Positions 42,967 to 56,300 of a DNA stretch of 64,000 nucleotides are shown one piece after another. How positions within the stretch are numbered: the stretch's first letter is position 1; the number at the start of each line of letters is the position of its first letter. The notes beneath the pieces are model-generated. The model worked only from the letters and a program-made list of their open reading frames with translations, had not been told where the DNA came from and searched no databases. Source of the DNA: Lama guanicoe (taxonomy: Eukaryota); contig MU053881.1 in NCBI GenBank assembly GCA_013239625.1, forward strand, positions 8,517,957 to 8,581,956, given 5' to 3'. The translations under genes and the position numbers were made by a program.

Positions 42967-44029
42967 GACCCTGGGGTTGACTGTCCTGCCTGGCCACCCC
43001 TGGAGGGCAAGAGAATTTGTATATTTGCACACTTACAACCCTTTTGGGCATGCCATCGGCTAATGAGTAGCTAGTGATCTGTAAGAGTAGTGCCAAGATT
43101 TCTTTAGAAACCTCAAGAAAAAGGAAGATGAGTAGGTCTTAGAAATTTATGTTTTACAAAGACCTGGGAATACAAACCCTCTTTCCAATGTGAAGTCCTT
43201 TACCTCTTCCATCTAGAGAAAAATCTTGCCCTTGTCAAGGATGCAAGACATCAGTGAGGTGATCTCAGCTGGACTGAGGAATTCCAACAAAGTTAGGAAC
43301 TGGTTTCCTTAGATTTGAAAGGAATAATGGAACACAACCAAATATAATTTAATATTTATTTAGAAGTTGATCTGATCAGAGAAGAGAGCCTGTCCCAGAA
43401 GGCAGAACAACTGAGAGACAAGACTCTGGGTTGGGGAAAGGAGATGGGCCCTGGAGATTCAGCCAGCCCCGAGTGGATGGTGGGAAGTGAATGAGATAAG
43501 GCTGATTCAGCCCAGGCTCTCTGAATGTGACTGGCTGCAAATCCAGACATCCCTGGGGAGACTGCTGATGGCAAGGGAAGGTGTGAACATGCAGAAGGAA
43601 GGAATGTGAGAGACAGCTGGTACTTCCTCACTTTACCCTAATAATTTGATAGCACTTAGCAATAGCGATGATGGTGGTGACGATGGTGATGCTGGTAATA
43701 GTAACTAACATGTGCTGAGGGCTAGTCTGTAGGGGCCCTGTGTTAGGCAGTTTGCATCCACTGTGTAAGCTGATGCTCATAAATGAGGGGACTGAACCTG
43801 GAACAGACGTTAAACACTAGCTCAAGGTCACACAGCAATGAGGTGGTAGGGTTGGTCTGCAACTTCGGTCTTCAGACTTTAACCAGTTAGACCAACTAGC
43901 TTTACTGTTTCCTGTGTTGTGTGTGCACTGAGTGCCCTGAGATGTGTCAGACAATGAAGAGGCAGTCAGGCATTGCTGGAGCCCTTGAGGGCTCCACATG
44001 GCCGCTTTAGAGGAGACAGGGAGTAACTC

Positions 44030-44265
44030 TGATGTGACAGAGCGACACCCGTATGCTGGGGAACAGCATCGCACCCTGGCAAAGAACTGCATCTCACAGC
44101 TTCCTCTGGAGACCCGGGTGGCTACAGTGATTTAAGTGGTAGTTGCTGGCTGGGTCTTCTGGGACCTTGGAGAGAGCAGACTCAGCTCAGAGGTAGGAAC
44201 CCTTTTGTTCTTCCCACTTTCCTCTTTTCCTTAGGTGGAATGTGGATGTGAGCACTGGCGCTCCA
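44030..44265 (+). mobile_element. ERVL/MaLR LTR fragment truncated at the L1 junction
   Basis: aaagaactgcatctcacagcttcctctg...tggaatgtggatgtgagcactggcgctcca, LTR16/MLT1-like. Confidence 0.55.
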
Positions 44266-47200
44266 TTTCAAGTTTTACGTGCATGTCCTTAATCCGTTTC
44301 AGGTTACTATTTATGAGTGGTCTGAGGCAGGGGTCTAGGCTTCATTCTTTTACATGTGAATATCCAGTTTTCACAACACCGTTCATTGAAGAGACTGTCT
44401 TTTCTCCACTGAGTACTCTTGGCACCTCTGTCAAGTACAGTTGGCCATATAAGCTTGAACTTACTCCATTCTATTCCATTGATCCATATGGCCAGTGCCA
44501 TACTGTTGTGATGACTTAATAGTATAGCTTGAAACCAGGAAGTGTGATGCCTTCTGTGTTGTTACTCTTTCTTAGGAGTTCTTTGGCCATCAGGGCCTTT
44601 TATGGTTCCATATAAATTTAAAAAAATTTTTGTCTACTTCTATAAAAAATGCCACTGGAATCTTAATAGGGATGGAATTGAATCTATGGATTCAGTTTTG
44701 GTAGTATTGACATTTTAACAATCGTAATTCTTCCAATCCATGAAACTGGGACACCTTTCCGTTTATTTGTCTTCTGTGATTTCTTCTATCAGTGTCTTGT
44801 ATTTTTCAAAGTAGAAATCTTCCACCTCCTTATTAAATTTATTCCTAAGTGTATTAATAGTTTTGGTGCTACTGCAAATAGTATCTTTTTCTCCATTTCT
44901 TTTTCAGATCACCTGTGAGTGTATGTATAGAAACACTGATTTTTGTTTAATGTTAATTCTGTATCCTGCACCCTTACAAAATTTTTTGATTAGATCTAAC
45001 CATTTTCTGGTTGAGTTTTTAGGATTTTCTATGTATACAATCATGTCATCTGCAAAGAGAGACAATTTCATTTCTTCCTTTCCAGTTCTGATATCTTTAT
45101 TTTTCTTGCCTGGCTGCTTGGCTGAAACTTCCAGTACTATGTTGAATAGGAGTGGTGAGAATGGGCACCCTTGTCTTGATCTTGATCTTATGGGAAAAGC
45201 TTTCAACCTTTTACTGTTGATTATGACGTATCTGTGGGCTTGTTATATCATGACCTTTATTATGTTGAGGTATGTTCTGCCTGTACCTAATTTGTTAAGA
45301 GTTTTTATTAAAGACAGGTGTTGAATTCTCTTAAATGCTTTCTCTGCATACACGCTTTTCCTTTCATTCTGTTAACGTGGTGTATCACACTAATTAAATT
45401 ATTCTGCACATGTTGCACCACGCTTGCATCCCAGGGACAAGTCCCACTTGATCATGGTGCGTGGCCCTTTTACTGTGCTGCTGAATCTGCTTTGCCACTG
45501 TTTTACTGAGAATTTCTGCATATATTCATCAGGGATATTGGTCTGTAGTTTTTTTTTGTGTGTTTTTGTTGTTTTTTTGATAGTGTCCTTTTTTTGCTTT
45601 TCATATCAGGGTAATGCTGGCCTTGTGAAAATGAGCTTGGGGGAAGTGTTCCCTCCTATGATTTTTTTTTTTTTTGGAAGAGTTTTAGAAGGATTGGTGT
45701 TAATTCTTCTTAAAATGTTTGGGAAGATACACCAGTGAAGCCATCTGGTCCTGAGATTGTCTTCATTGGGAGGTTTTTGATTACGGATTCACTCTCCTTC
45801 TGAGTAACTGGTCTGTTCAGATTTTCTATTTCTTAGTGATGCGGTCTTGGCAACTTGAATGTTTCTAACAATTCTTCCATTTCTTTTAGGTTATTCAGTC
45901 TGTTGCTGTATGGTTGTTTAGAGGAGCCTCCTACGATTCTTTGTATTTCTGTAGTATAAGTTGTAACTTTTCCTTCTTCATTTATAACTTTGTGGATTTG
46001 GGTCCCTGCTCTTTTTTTTCTTGGTCGGTGTACCTAAGGGTTTGTCAGTTTTGTTGATCTTTTTAAAGAACCAACTATGAGTTTGTTTTATATTACCTAT
46101 TGTTTTCCTGTTCTGTATTTTATTTATTTCTTCTCTTCCCTATTTCCTTCCTTCTGGTAACCTTGGGTTCAGTTTGTTCTTTTTCTAGTTTGTTAAGGCA
46201 TATAGAGTTAGTTTGTTTCTCTGGAATCTTTCTTGCTTCTACTGTAGGTGTTTGTTGCTGTGAACTTCACTCTTAAAACTGCTTTTGCTGCATCCCATGA
46301 GGTTTGGTATATTGTATTTCCATTTCCATTTGTCTCAAGAGACTTTTTAATTTCCTCTTTAATTTGTTTTTGATCCATTGGCTGTTAAGGAGAGTATTTT
46401 AAAATTTCTATGCATTTGTGAATTTTCTGGTTTTCCTCCTGTTACTGCTTTCTAGTTTCAGACCACTGTGGTCAGAGAAGACACCTGCTATGATGTCCGT
46501 CTGCTTGAATTTACTAAGAGTTGTTTAGTGGCTCAGCATATGGTTTATCTTAGAAAACGTTCCATGTGAACTTGAAGAATGTGTATTCTGCTGTTGTCAG
46601 ATAGCACGTTATGTCTATGTCTGTTAGGTCTGTTTTAGCTTTAGTGTTGTTCAAATCTGCTGTCTCCTTATTGATTCTGTGTCTGAATGATCTATCCATT
46701 GTTGACAGTGGGGTATTAAAGTTCCCAGCTACTATTGTATTGCTATTTATTTCTCTTTTTAGCTGTTGTTGTTTTATATATTTAAATGCTTCAGTGTGGG
46801 GTGTGTAAATATTTATGCTTGTTATATCTTTTCAATAGATTGACCAACCTCTTTATCAGTATATGATGATCTTTTTTTTTTTTAAGTATGGCTTTTTGTC
46901 CTTTATTTCAATTTTTGGGGGGTAATTTTTAAATTTATCTTCTTAATAGGGGAACTGGGGATTGAACCCAGGACCTTGTGTGTGCTAGGTACGAACTCTA
47001 CCACTGAGCTATATACCCTTCCCCCATAGTATATGATGATCTTTTGTTTCTTTTTACCATTTTTAGTTTCAAGTCTCTTTCGCTTGATATAATATAACTA
47101 TCCCTGCTTTTTGAGGGGATTACTATTAGCTTGAAATATCTTTTTCCATCCCTTCACTCTCAGGCTATACATATCTTTAAGGCTAAACTGAGTATCATAT

Positions 47201-50200
47201 AAGGCAGCATATTGTTGGATCTTGGTTTTTTTGTTTTTTAAATCCATTCAGCCTTTGTCTTTTAATTGGAGAGTTTAATCTTTACATTTAAAGTAATTAT
47301 CGATAGGTAAGGACTTACTATTGCCATTTTGTTCATCATTTTCTGGCTTTAAAAAAAGATACATTGTTCCTTTTTTCATATCCTGCTGTCTTTTTTCTGT
47401 GTGTTTTGAGGTCATTTGGTACCAGTGTTCTTTGACTTCTTTATCATGTTCTTTTGTGCAGTTACTACAGGTTTTTCCCTTGTGGTTACTATGAGACTTT
47501 CATAAAATACCTTAAAATTATAACATTCTATTTTAAACCCATAACAACTTAACTTTAATATAATTCCTTAATTTATGCTTTTCCTTCTCACACTTTAGAT
47601 ATTGATGTTACAGTTTACATATTTTAGTAATATGTAACTAATAACAGATTATAGTAGTTATGGTTATTTTTATTATGTTTGTTTTTAAACTTACAACTAG
47701 AGTGTAAGTGAATTACGTACCACTCTTATCATAGTACATAATCTAGCTTTGACTATATGTTTACCGTTAAAAGTGAGTTTTATGCTACTTTCTTTGTTTT
47801 TATTATGTTAGTGTCTTTTTACTTCTACTCAAATAATTTTCTTTACCATTCTTTGTAAGGTGGGTCTAATGGTGGTAACGCCCTTCCTTCCGTTTGTTCA
47901 CAAGCCTTTATCCTTCATTTCTGAAGGACAGCTTTCTAGATACAGAATTCTTGGTTTACAGGGTTTTTTTTTTTCTTTTAATATTTTGAATATATCATCC
48001 CATTCTCTCCTGGCCAGAAGAGTTTCTGCTGAGAAACCCTCTGGTAGTCTCAGGGGAGTTACCTTGTATATAACGCTCCTCTTTTGTCCTGGTGCTCTCA
48101 ACTTTATCTTTTGTCATTTGACAATTTTAATTGTATTGTGTCTTGGTGTAGCCTTGTTTGGGTTCAAACTATTTTGGGGTCCTTTGGGCCTCATGGATCT
48201 GGATATCCATTTCTCTTTTCTGGTTTGGGAAGATTTCAGCCATTATTGCTTTAAATATACTTTCTGTTGCTTTTTCTTTCTCTTTGGTATTTCCATAATG
48301 CAAATATTCTTTTTTTTTTTTGATTGTGTCTCTTAAGTGCAATGGCTTTCATCATTGTTTTCCTTTTTTTTTTTCTTTTTTTCCTCCTCTGGATAATTTC
48401 AACTGTCCTATTTTCCAGGTTGCTGGTTTTTAAGTCTGTATTGAGTCTCCTTTTGGAGCTCTATGTTGAATTCTTCAGTTTACTGTTTTTTTCAGCTGTA
48501 GAATTTTTTCGTCGTTTCTATTTTTGTGCAACGTATTATGTTCATGAATTGTTTTCCTAGTTTTGTTTGATTGTCTGTGTGTCCTTGCAGCTCACTGAAG
48601 TTCCTTAAGAGGACTATTTGGCTGACAGTTCATAGATCTTCACTTAAGTAGGATCAGTTATTGAAGACCCTCTGTTTCCTTTGCTGGTGTCATATTTCCC
48701 TGATTTTTCACGATCCTTCATTCCTTACATTGGTGTCTGTGCATTTGAGTAAGTGGTCTCGTAGAATTTACAGGTTTGCTTTGGTAGAGACAGATCTACC
48801 AGTTGGCTCAGTTTTGGCTTCTGGGTGTGTCTGCTGCTAAATTCTACAGAGGGCGGTATTTGTTTTCAGGGTCTATTTTGTGGCAGTGCAACTACCTGAG
48901 CTCTGAGGGCAGGGGTGGGAGGCTGTGCCGCTGGCTGAGAACAGTTGGCTAGGACTGTTGGCTTGGTTCCCTGCCCAAGTGAGGCTGTAGGATGGGCTCC
49001 GTGGTTGCCTGGGTTCGCTGGTCAGGCTTACCAGACTGTTGGGACTGGGTGCTACACTCAGCAGTAGGGAGCTTCCTTGCCCTTGAGGGGCATCAGAATG
49101 GGATCCAGGGCCTGCGTGGTTTGTTGTTCTGGGACTTGAATCTGGGAAGAGTATACAGTGAATTCCCTCAGTCCCCCTGATATGCCAGACAGGGCCACTG
49201 GTTTTGCTCTGCAGAGGGGAGAAGCCTGGACTGTGCTCTCTGGTCAAGTGCTGCTGTGCACAGGGCGGTGGCACGGGATGCTCAGCTCCCCTTGTGCTCT
49301 GGTTAGGCTCCTCGGCTGGGTGGGCTGACGCCCACAGTCAGCAACCAGCGGGGCTGTGAAGTAGCTTCCCTGCTTGGGCGCAGCGGGAGAACTAGCTCCA
49401 GGCTTTGTAAGGCTCTTTGTCTCTGGTCTTGACTCACACCAACCCTTTCCCCAAGTTCCCTGGCCAGGGAGGCCACAGGCTCTGCCTCTGCCTCTGCCGG
49501 CTGTCAGCTCTGCCTGCCCACCTCTCTGCTTGAGCTTGCTGGACCACGTGGCCTTCGGATGCCCCCGCTGGCCCTCCTGGCCTGTCGGGGCGGGGGGCCA
49601 CACTCAGCAGCCACGGGCCTATGGTCGGCAATCCTGCCTGGGTCGGGAGGGGAGGGTCCTCTTGAGGCATCTCCCCAGTTTTCTGAACAGGCTTTGTGGT
49701 TGGGAGGGGCTGAGAGCTACACTTAGTAGCAATGGGGCTGTGAATGAACTCCCCGTCTGGGCACCTCAGGGGAACCCTCCATCCCGGGTGCTGACTCTGC
49801 TCCGGGGGAGATCAGCTCTGCCTGCCCACCTCCTGGCTTGAGCCATCCTGGGCTGCGACTCAGCTCCCAGGCCTTGCAGCGGGGAGTGGGCAGATCAGGC
49901 TCCAGGGCTGGCCAGACTCCTCGTTTGAGGACCTGAGACCGGCAGACTTGCGCCCCGCCCAGTTCCCTGGTCTGATGGACTCAGTTCTGCAGCTGACAAA
50001 AGCTGCCGGTTGCGATTACTCCCTGGGTGCTGCAGGGAGGAGCTCCGTCTGCCGAGATCTGAGTGCTGCTTACAAGCCCCGCTCCCTTTCTCCATCACAA
50101 TCAGATTCCCAGTGGTTGAGTCCCATGGATTTCCCCTGCAGTCCCTGCGGGGCGACAGAGGAGTAGCAGCCCTCACGAAGCCACCCACAATGCTGGGGCT

Positions 50201-50468
50201 GGGGTGGGGGGCTCCAGACATCCCCCCTGAGCTCTCTTCCCACTGGTGGGCTGTGCCGGCCTGGGGCAGGGGCAGTGCGATCAGTGACCACCCTTCTGGT
50301 GGGATCTGTCTCGATCTCTGTGGTGCGGGGTGGGGGTCACGGCAGCCTCACCCCCCTGTTCTAGGAGTCTCTCAGGAGCGCCTTGTCCACGAAGAGTTGT
50401 TATTTGTGCTCGTGAGGGTGGCGCAAACTCAGGAGTGGCCTATGTTCCCATCTTGCTGATGTCACTCA
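44266..50468 (-). mobile_element. Degenerate ~6.2 kb L1 retaining the 5'UTR, ORF1 and most of ORF2, lacking the 3' end
   Basis: 5' end gagtgacatcagcaagatgg; ORF1p remnant FSAETLLARREWDDIFKILKEK (47898-48101); RT remnant RQGCPFSPLLFNIVLEV...LSLFADDMIVYIENPK (44904-45206); many stops and frameshifts. Confidence 0.93.
46876..47027 (-). mobile_element. Camelid vic-1-type SINE nested in the L1, with a perfect 18-bp TSD
   Basis: ggggattgaacccaggaccttgtgtgtgctagg...ctaccactgagctatataccc; agtatatgatgatctttt at 46858-46875 and 47028-47045. Confidence 0.9.
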
Positions 50469-51550
50469 GTTAACTTCTGAAATGTGTGATTTCTATAAAA
50501 ATGCCCAATCCTTCTAATAATTAAATATGATAAATTCACTGGAAGCTGAGTTAAGGAGTTCAGGCCAGTCATGTAATCTCATTAAATATCTTTAATTGTG
50601 AGGGTGCCTGGACTGGAGAGGAGGTGCTTCGGCTGTGGGGTGGGAGGTCTGGGAGGGTCTGACAGGCGTGCCCACCCCCCCCCCCACTTTACTGGGTGCA
50701 GGAGCTTTAATTTAGCCTCACTGTTCTCTTATTCCGAATTAAATTACCCATCTAACAATATTTAAATTAACCTCGAGGCTTCCTGGAGAACATAAAAGTT
50801 ATTTTGAATTATTTTCACTGCCAGGAGCGGCACAGTTCCCTTCCCAGCCAGCTCGGTAGGTGTTCAGTGATAGAGAAGCCCGTTGTTAAATTAATACAAT
50901 TTTGTGTTTGTAAGGAAGCCATTATTTTTAATTATCGGGCATTTTCCTCAGCCTGGCTTCCCCAGTTAATAAAACTCAGCTACTTAGCATGGTTTTTATT
51001 TTTGCGGAGGGCAGACTTTGGGAAGTACTTTCCCCTGTGGCATCTCCCTCCAGAATGTTTTGGTCTCACAAAGCACACGCCTGTCACAGGGAGGCTCGTA
51101 AAAAGCCCCGAGAAAAGGAAACGCTGTCGTCAAAATGGCCCTGCTGGGCCTTTGACTGGTGACTCTAGCATAGCCTGGGAGGCAGTGCCAGGAGCTGGTG
51201 AAGTGAGGAAATTAACACTGGGCTGGATCCCCTCCTGGAAATGGCACTGTGGCACAGCAGGAGAGACTCCAGTTAGACTTACAGCAGAACCCTTTGCCCA
51301 TACCGCTCTGAGTCTGGGAAACCCAGGCGAGATTAGGAAGGGAGGGCAAAAGATTCTCCCCAGATGTCTGGCAGTGTTAACAAGTAGAACTCCTGCCTTG
51401 GAGAACTGAGTTAATTTACCCACCCGGAGGAGAAGCCTGGCCTGGGTGTCATCTTCATTTCCTCTCTGGGTCTGTCCTCTGGGATGTAAAAAAGCAGCTC
51501 TCCCCAGTCCCCATGTAACAAGACCCCATGCTATGCTGGGATCAGTGCTA

Positions 51551-51710
51551 GTGCAGACAGAACAACTCGCTATAAATTTAATATTAGCTTAAATAATGCA
51601 TAATTAGAAGGGTAAGCCTCTGCAAACACATTAAATAATGTATTCCCCAGGCAAACATTACTTTTGGATGACTTGCTGTTTTGGGTGGCGGCGAGGTGGG
51701 AAGGTAGAAA
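51551..51710 (+). repeat. Arm 1 of a ~160-bp diverged inverted repeat (partner 53071-53223)
   Basis: Roughly 80% identity by eye with the reverse complement of 53071-53223; identical core attagaagggtaagcctctgcaaacac. Confidence 0.9.
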
Positions 51711-52719
51711 GCCCCGAATCTCAGCTGCGGTTTTGCCGCTGATTAGCTTTGTTGTCACAGAGCAGCGCCATCACCGGTCATCCCCACGGTTCCTTATCTG
51801 TAATGGCCCGTGAGCTTCTGGTGGGCAGAGGCTTTACCTTCCTTTTCTTAGTATCGCTGTTATTTTGGAAAAGTGCTTGGTGCTCAGCAGACATTTGGGA
51901 ATAAGGGGGTTGAGTAAGACCGAGTATAAGAACCCTGGCAGCTCTGATGAGTAAGGCGCTAACGTAAAAATTACCGAGAGGAGAAAATGGGAGCCGGACC
52001 CCCCATATCCGACAGGCTTCCTTTTTCCCAAAAAGTAATTTGGATCATTCTGGGAGGGCTCTCGAGAGCTGGAATTAGCAGAGGTCAGAGGGAGCGGATT
52101 TTAAAAATCACATTCATTCATTCATTCAACGTTGAGCACCTACTGTGTGCTCGTGACTATGATCAGCACATAAAATAGAGCAGGACAGTTGGGGCTCCTG
52201 CTCTCAGGAACTTGCGGGTCAGAGGAGGATAAAGACACAGGAACCAACAATGACAATCACGAGTGTGGTCGTGAGAGTCGACACAGGGAAGGCACTGTGG
52301 GATTGGAGGAGGGACAAGGAACCAGAGCTGGGCCGACAAGGATAGTTTGCCAGAGGAAGTGCTGCCTCACCGGGGTGCAGTGTCTGAGACTTCAGAGGTG
52401 AAGGCAGGGGACAAGGCAGGGAGAACATTCCGGTGGGGTGGTAACAAAGGCCCTGTGCAGGCAGAGAGCATCCCTTTGGATGCTGTGGGCTAGTCTAGTG
52501 GAGGCAGGTGGTCCGTTGGTCAGGATGTGGCAGGGAGGACAGGGGTCTGCTATGGAGGCTCCACCCAGATGACCGGAACGGTCAAGTATGTTGCATGTCT
52601 GCTAAGCTCTAAAAAGAAAGGAAGACAGTTCCATCCTGCAGACGAATGCTCCACTGCATTCAACGTGGGTAAATCCGGGGAGGACTTTTTTTTTTTTTTT
52701 TTTTCCCCACACCAATAAG

Positions 52720-53320
52720 GCCCTGATCCCTTGACCTTACCACCCCCAGCTAGTTTGCTCCAGCCACACTGGCTAGCCTTCTGCTCAGGATATAAGCAAC
52801 AGTTTCTTCTGCCTCAGGGCCTTTGCGTATGCTGGAACCCTAGCACAGAAGGCTTTCCTCCCGTTCCTTGCCTGGAAAATTCCTACTCTTCATTCAGTTC
52901 TCAGCCCAAATGTCATTATCTTAGCACAGCCTAACCTAGATCAGATATTCCTTGCTATCTCAGCTGCATTTTTTTCCTTCAGAGCACCCATCGCAATCTC
53001 TTTATATTATTTGTGGTTTATTTGATTATTAACTATTTCCCCTTGCTACAGCACAAGCTCCATGAGGGTCTTTCCACTTTTCCACTGCACCATCAAAACA
53101 GCACGTCATCCAAAAATCACATGTGCTTGGGGGATACGTTGCTGAACGTGTTTGCAGAGGCTTACCCTTCTAATGACATATTATTTAAGGTAATATTAAA
53201 TTTGTAGCAAGTTCTGCCTGCACAGGCCCTTCTCGTAATTCAGTGTCTTGTCTTCTCACGACTAGACCCTCAGTGCCTAGTACAGTGCCAGGAACATAAT
53301 AGGTGTTTGAAAAAATGAAA
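52720..53320 (+). mobile_element. L2 3' end, interrupted at ~53070-53240 by the inverted copy
   Basis: ctccagccacactggctagcctt...gcctcagggcctttgc...aagctccatgaggg [insert] tgtcttgtcttctcac...gtgcctagtacagtgccaggaacataataggtg. Confidence 0.8.
53071..53223 (-). repeat. Arm 2 of the inverted repeat
   Basis: Two ORF-track entries on opposite strands end in near-identical peptides (…NVFAEAYPSN…LFK.ILNL). Confidence 0.9.
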
Positions 53321-56300
53321 TATCAGTTGGTGCGGAATGAATGTGTGTGGCAGGCAGGGCTGATAGAATTCAGGCTTTTGTGATGACTGCTTCTGCGAAC
53401 AGACAGACTTGAGTGGGCCCCGTGCAGAACTGAGTTCACGTGCGTGTGTTCGCAGGCACACAGGCACGTCTGCCTCCCACCTTGCTGCTGTGTCACTGTC
53501 ATTTGCCACAAAAGTAAGAGTAACACAAGCCAACGTGTAATTGCAATGTCATATTAATTATATGGAAACCAAAACAAAATTACTAACTCCCACTTCTTCT
53601 CAGAATACTAATAACACTAATACCAATATCATGATGGAGGATTATCTTGGAAGCAATTTTTCTTTTGTTCTGCTACCTACACATGTAGCTGTTTCTTGCT
53701 TTTGCAACCTCTGTGTGCATCATAATTGGGAGGAAATGCCCCAGAGGGTGGCTGTATGCCTTCTTCAGCAGAGAGAATCGTGCACTAAACCCACTTTAGG
53801 AAAGAGCAGGAGTTTTAAATCTGAATAGGAGGAGTTGATTTCAGTTCTCTCTTCAAAAAGTCTAGAAAAAAGCCTTGCTGGAGGGGAGGGGGCATGAATG
53901 CAGTAACAGAACCTCAGGGCTAGAGATTTGCTTTGTGATTAAATTAGGCTTTTGGAGGGATGGACTGTGAAGAATATGTCTGGGGGTGTGTGTGTGTGAG
54001 TGATTTAACCATCTCTTCCTTCTTGGGGTGCAGCACCCCCTTTCTCTAAGGTGTCCCCATCTAGGCAGTCTTACTGAGATATCCATCACAAGACACATGC
54101 ATCCATATGGGACCCAGCCAATGACCGGCCTGGGGATGGGAGTGCCACTCCATCTGTACCAGGTCACTCATAGTTCTTCCAAGGGATTTTACTTTTGAAT
54201 TCTGCAGGCGAGCCCTCCCTCTTCCCTCTGGGCTCACTAAGCTGAACTGGTAGCAACCTGGAGTCATCTTTAGCCAAGTCTGCCTGACTCCGCCTGACTC
54301 CCCAGGGTGAGGAGGTCACCAGTCGAACATAGGAGTAAATTAGGCTAAGAGTCAAGAGGAACATTGCTAAGAGATGGACGGGGCCTGAGAGGAAGATGTC
54401 GACCCGATGATACCATCCAAGCCTGTGAAGTTCCCAGGGCTGGCTCCTCTCTCGCGGGCCCGCTCGGCAAAGACAATGCATAGCCTTTTTATTGAGCTAA
54501 TTTGAGTGTACTTTCTGTCTCTTGCAGGGGAAAGATTCCTGACAGACACAAAGGCATTTTTGCCCTAAGCACTTTCCAAGGGGAATCCTTCTGAGGGGCC
54601 ACGGTTGGCGTATCCTCCTTTGTCACCCGCTGTCTGAGCGCCCATCACATGGCACCATCACCAGGGAGAAGCAGTGAGACGGAACTTGCGCTCCTGGAGC
54701 TTCCAGGTACCCTACTGCAGCAGCTTCATGACGCTTGTGAAGGGCAGAGTGGGAGGTGTCAGGGCAGGAAGGAGGAAGACTTTCAAACGCGATTCCTTGA
54801 GAAATCCCTGGGAGGCACACTGCACTGAAAACCTTGCCCACAGTGACTATGGGCAGGGACAGTCACTCCAGATTTTGCCCAAGCATCATGAAGCTTTTTG
54901 GTGGAAGAGGGTGGCTGTGGTCCATCTATCCACCGTCTCACATTTCACCAGCCTTTAGCTAAGAGCTGCTGACAAGTTCCTTGCCTAAGAGGTGCCCCCG
55001 GCTGGGTTGATGGAAGAAGGAGGACCGAGGTGGGTTAGCATTTCACTGGGCACTGTTCTGCTGGGATAGCGCCACTGGGGTTTCTGGTCCTCTCTGAACT
55101 CCAGGGCTGCTCCCAGGACTTTGCTAGTCCCCGGGAAAAGTCAGGTATTTGCTTCAATGCGTGAAACCCTCAGTTACTGCATCATAGAGCTCTCCAAATC
55201 CCCTGCCAGCCACTGGGCGGGGGTGGGGGCGGTGAGCAACATGGTTCCGGCTCAGTGGTCGCACTTTAAAATTCATCCCATTTCTTCCCCATTCCAAGAG
55301 GCAGGGCTAGGGCCTCCGGAATCTCACATCTCTGTGTTGGTGTTCAGTTTCCAGCCTCTCTCCTTCACAGAGCCCAGCAGGCCAGCCCCTGAAGTCCAGA
55401 GGGCTCCTTGGCTTCCCAGTCTGTATGCTCACAGAAAGGGCTCCTTAAAAAGGGGGGCATGACACAGCAACCCTGCTAACTGCCGTTAACTGTGTGGGCT
55501 CAGTAGCTCTCAGACCTCCCTCTCTGCTCGCGCTTTAGTTTCTTGTTTGGCTTCCTGCCACAGCCCCCGTGCCGTCCCTCCCCTCCTGTCCCCTTCTGAG
55601 CTACCTCCTCTACACCCGAGAGCTCGTTCCAACATAACAAACCCCAGCACGTCACTCTACTAATTGAACCCTGGAACAGCTAGCCGTCCCCACCGTCCTC
55701 AGGATGAACACCGGCCTCGTAAAATTCCCTTCCAGGTGCTGCCCTGACCAGCTTGCTCCTCCTCTGTCTGATCGCCCTTCGCCGATAGCTTTGCCTGGCC
55801 AATCCCTACTGCTCTGTACAACCGATGCCAACTCTTCTGTGAAGCAACCCTCAGCCCCGATCCAGATGGCAGAGTCCCTGCTCCGGGGTCACCAGATCTC
55901 CTTGCAGGTAAGTTGGAGCCACCCCCTTGTGTTCTCCCCGGGGGAATGGCCATGATGCCTGCCACGGCCAGTCGTGCTCACCGCGCCCCTGATTTCGGGG
56001 CTTATTTGTTAACATCTGTTCACCTATCACAGCCCACCCTCTCCTGACTGACACCGGGACGCACCCCTTCCCCTGGGATCTTGGCCACTGTTACAGCTCA
56101 CAGCACACACCTTACATGTCTTCTCCACTGGACTGTCAGCTCCTCTCTGGCTCGGAATTAGTTTTCATTCCCTCCCTTGAACCTGCTCATTCCACACTGC
56201 TTGACATACAGTTGGCACTTAGAAAACATCTTTTTTTTTTTAATGTGAAATATTGGTTTAATTTGCAGCCCCCATACAGAAGAGACGTAAACCGAAGAGA

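Noticed and set aside
44904..48101. Active reverse transcriptase or ORF1 genes
   Set aside because: Fragmented L1 frames with many stops and frameshifts and a SINE insertion.
51551..53223. DNA transposon with 160-bp TIRs, or a duplicated small gene
   Set aside because: The L2 continues across the outer edge of arm 2 and there is no TSD or transposase; the similar peptides are just translations of the inverted repeat.
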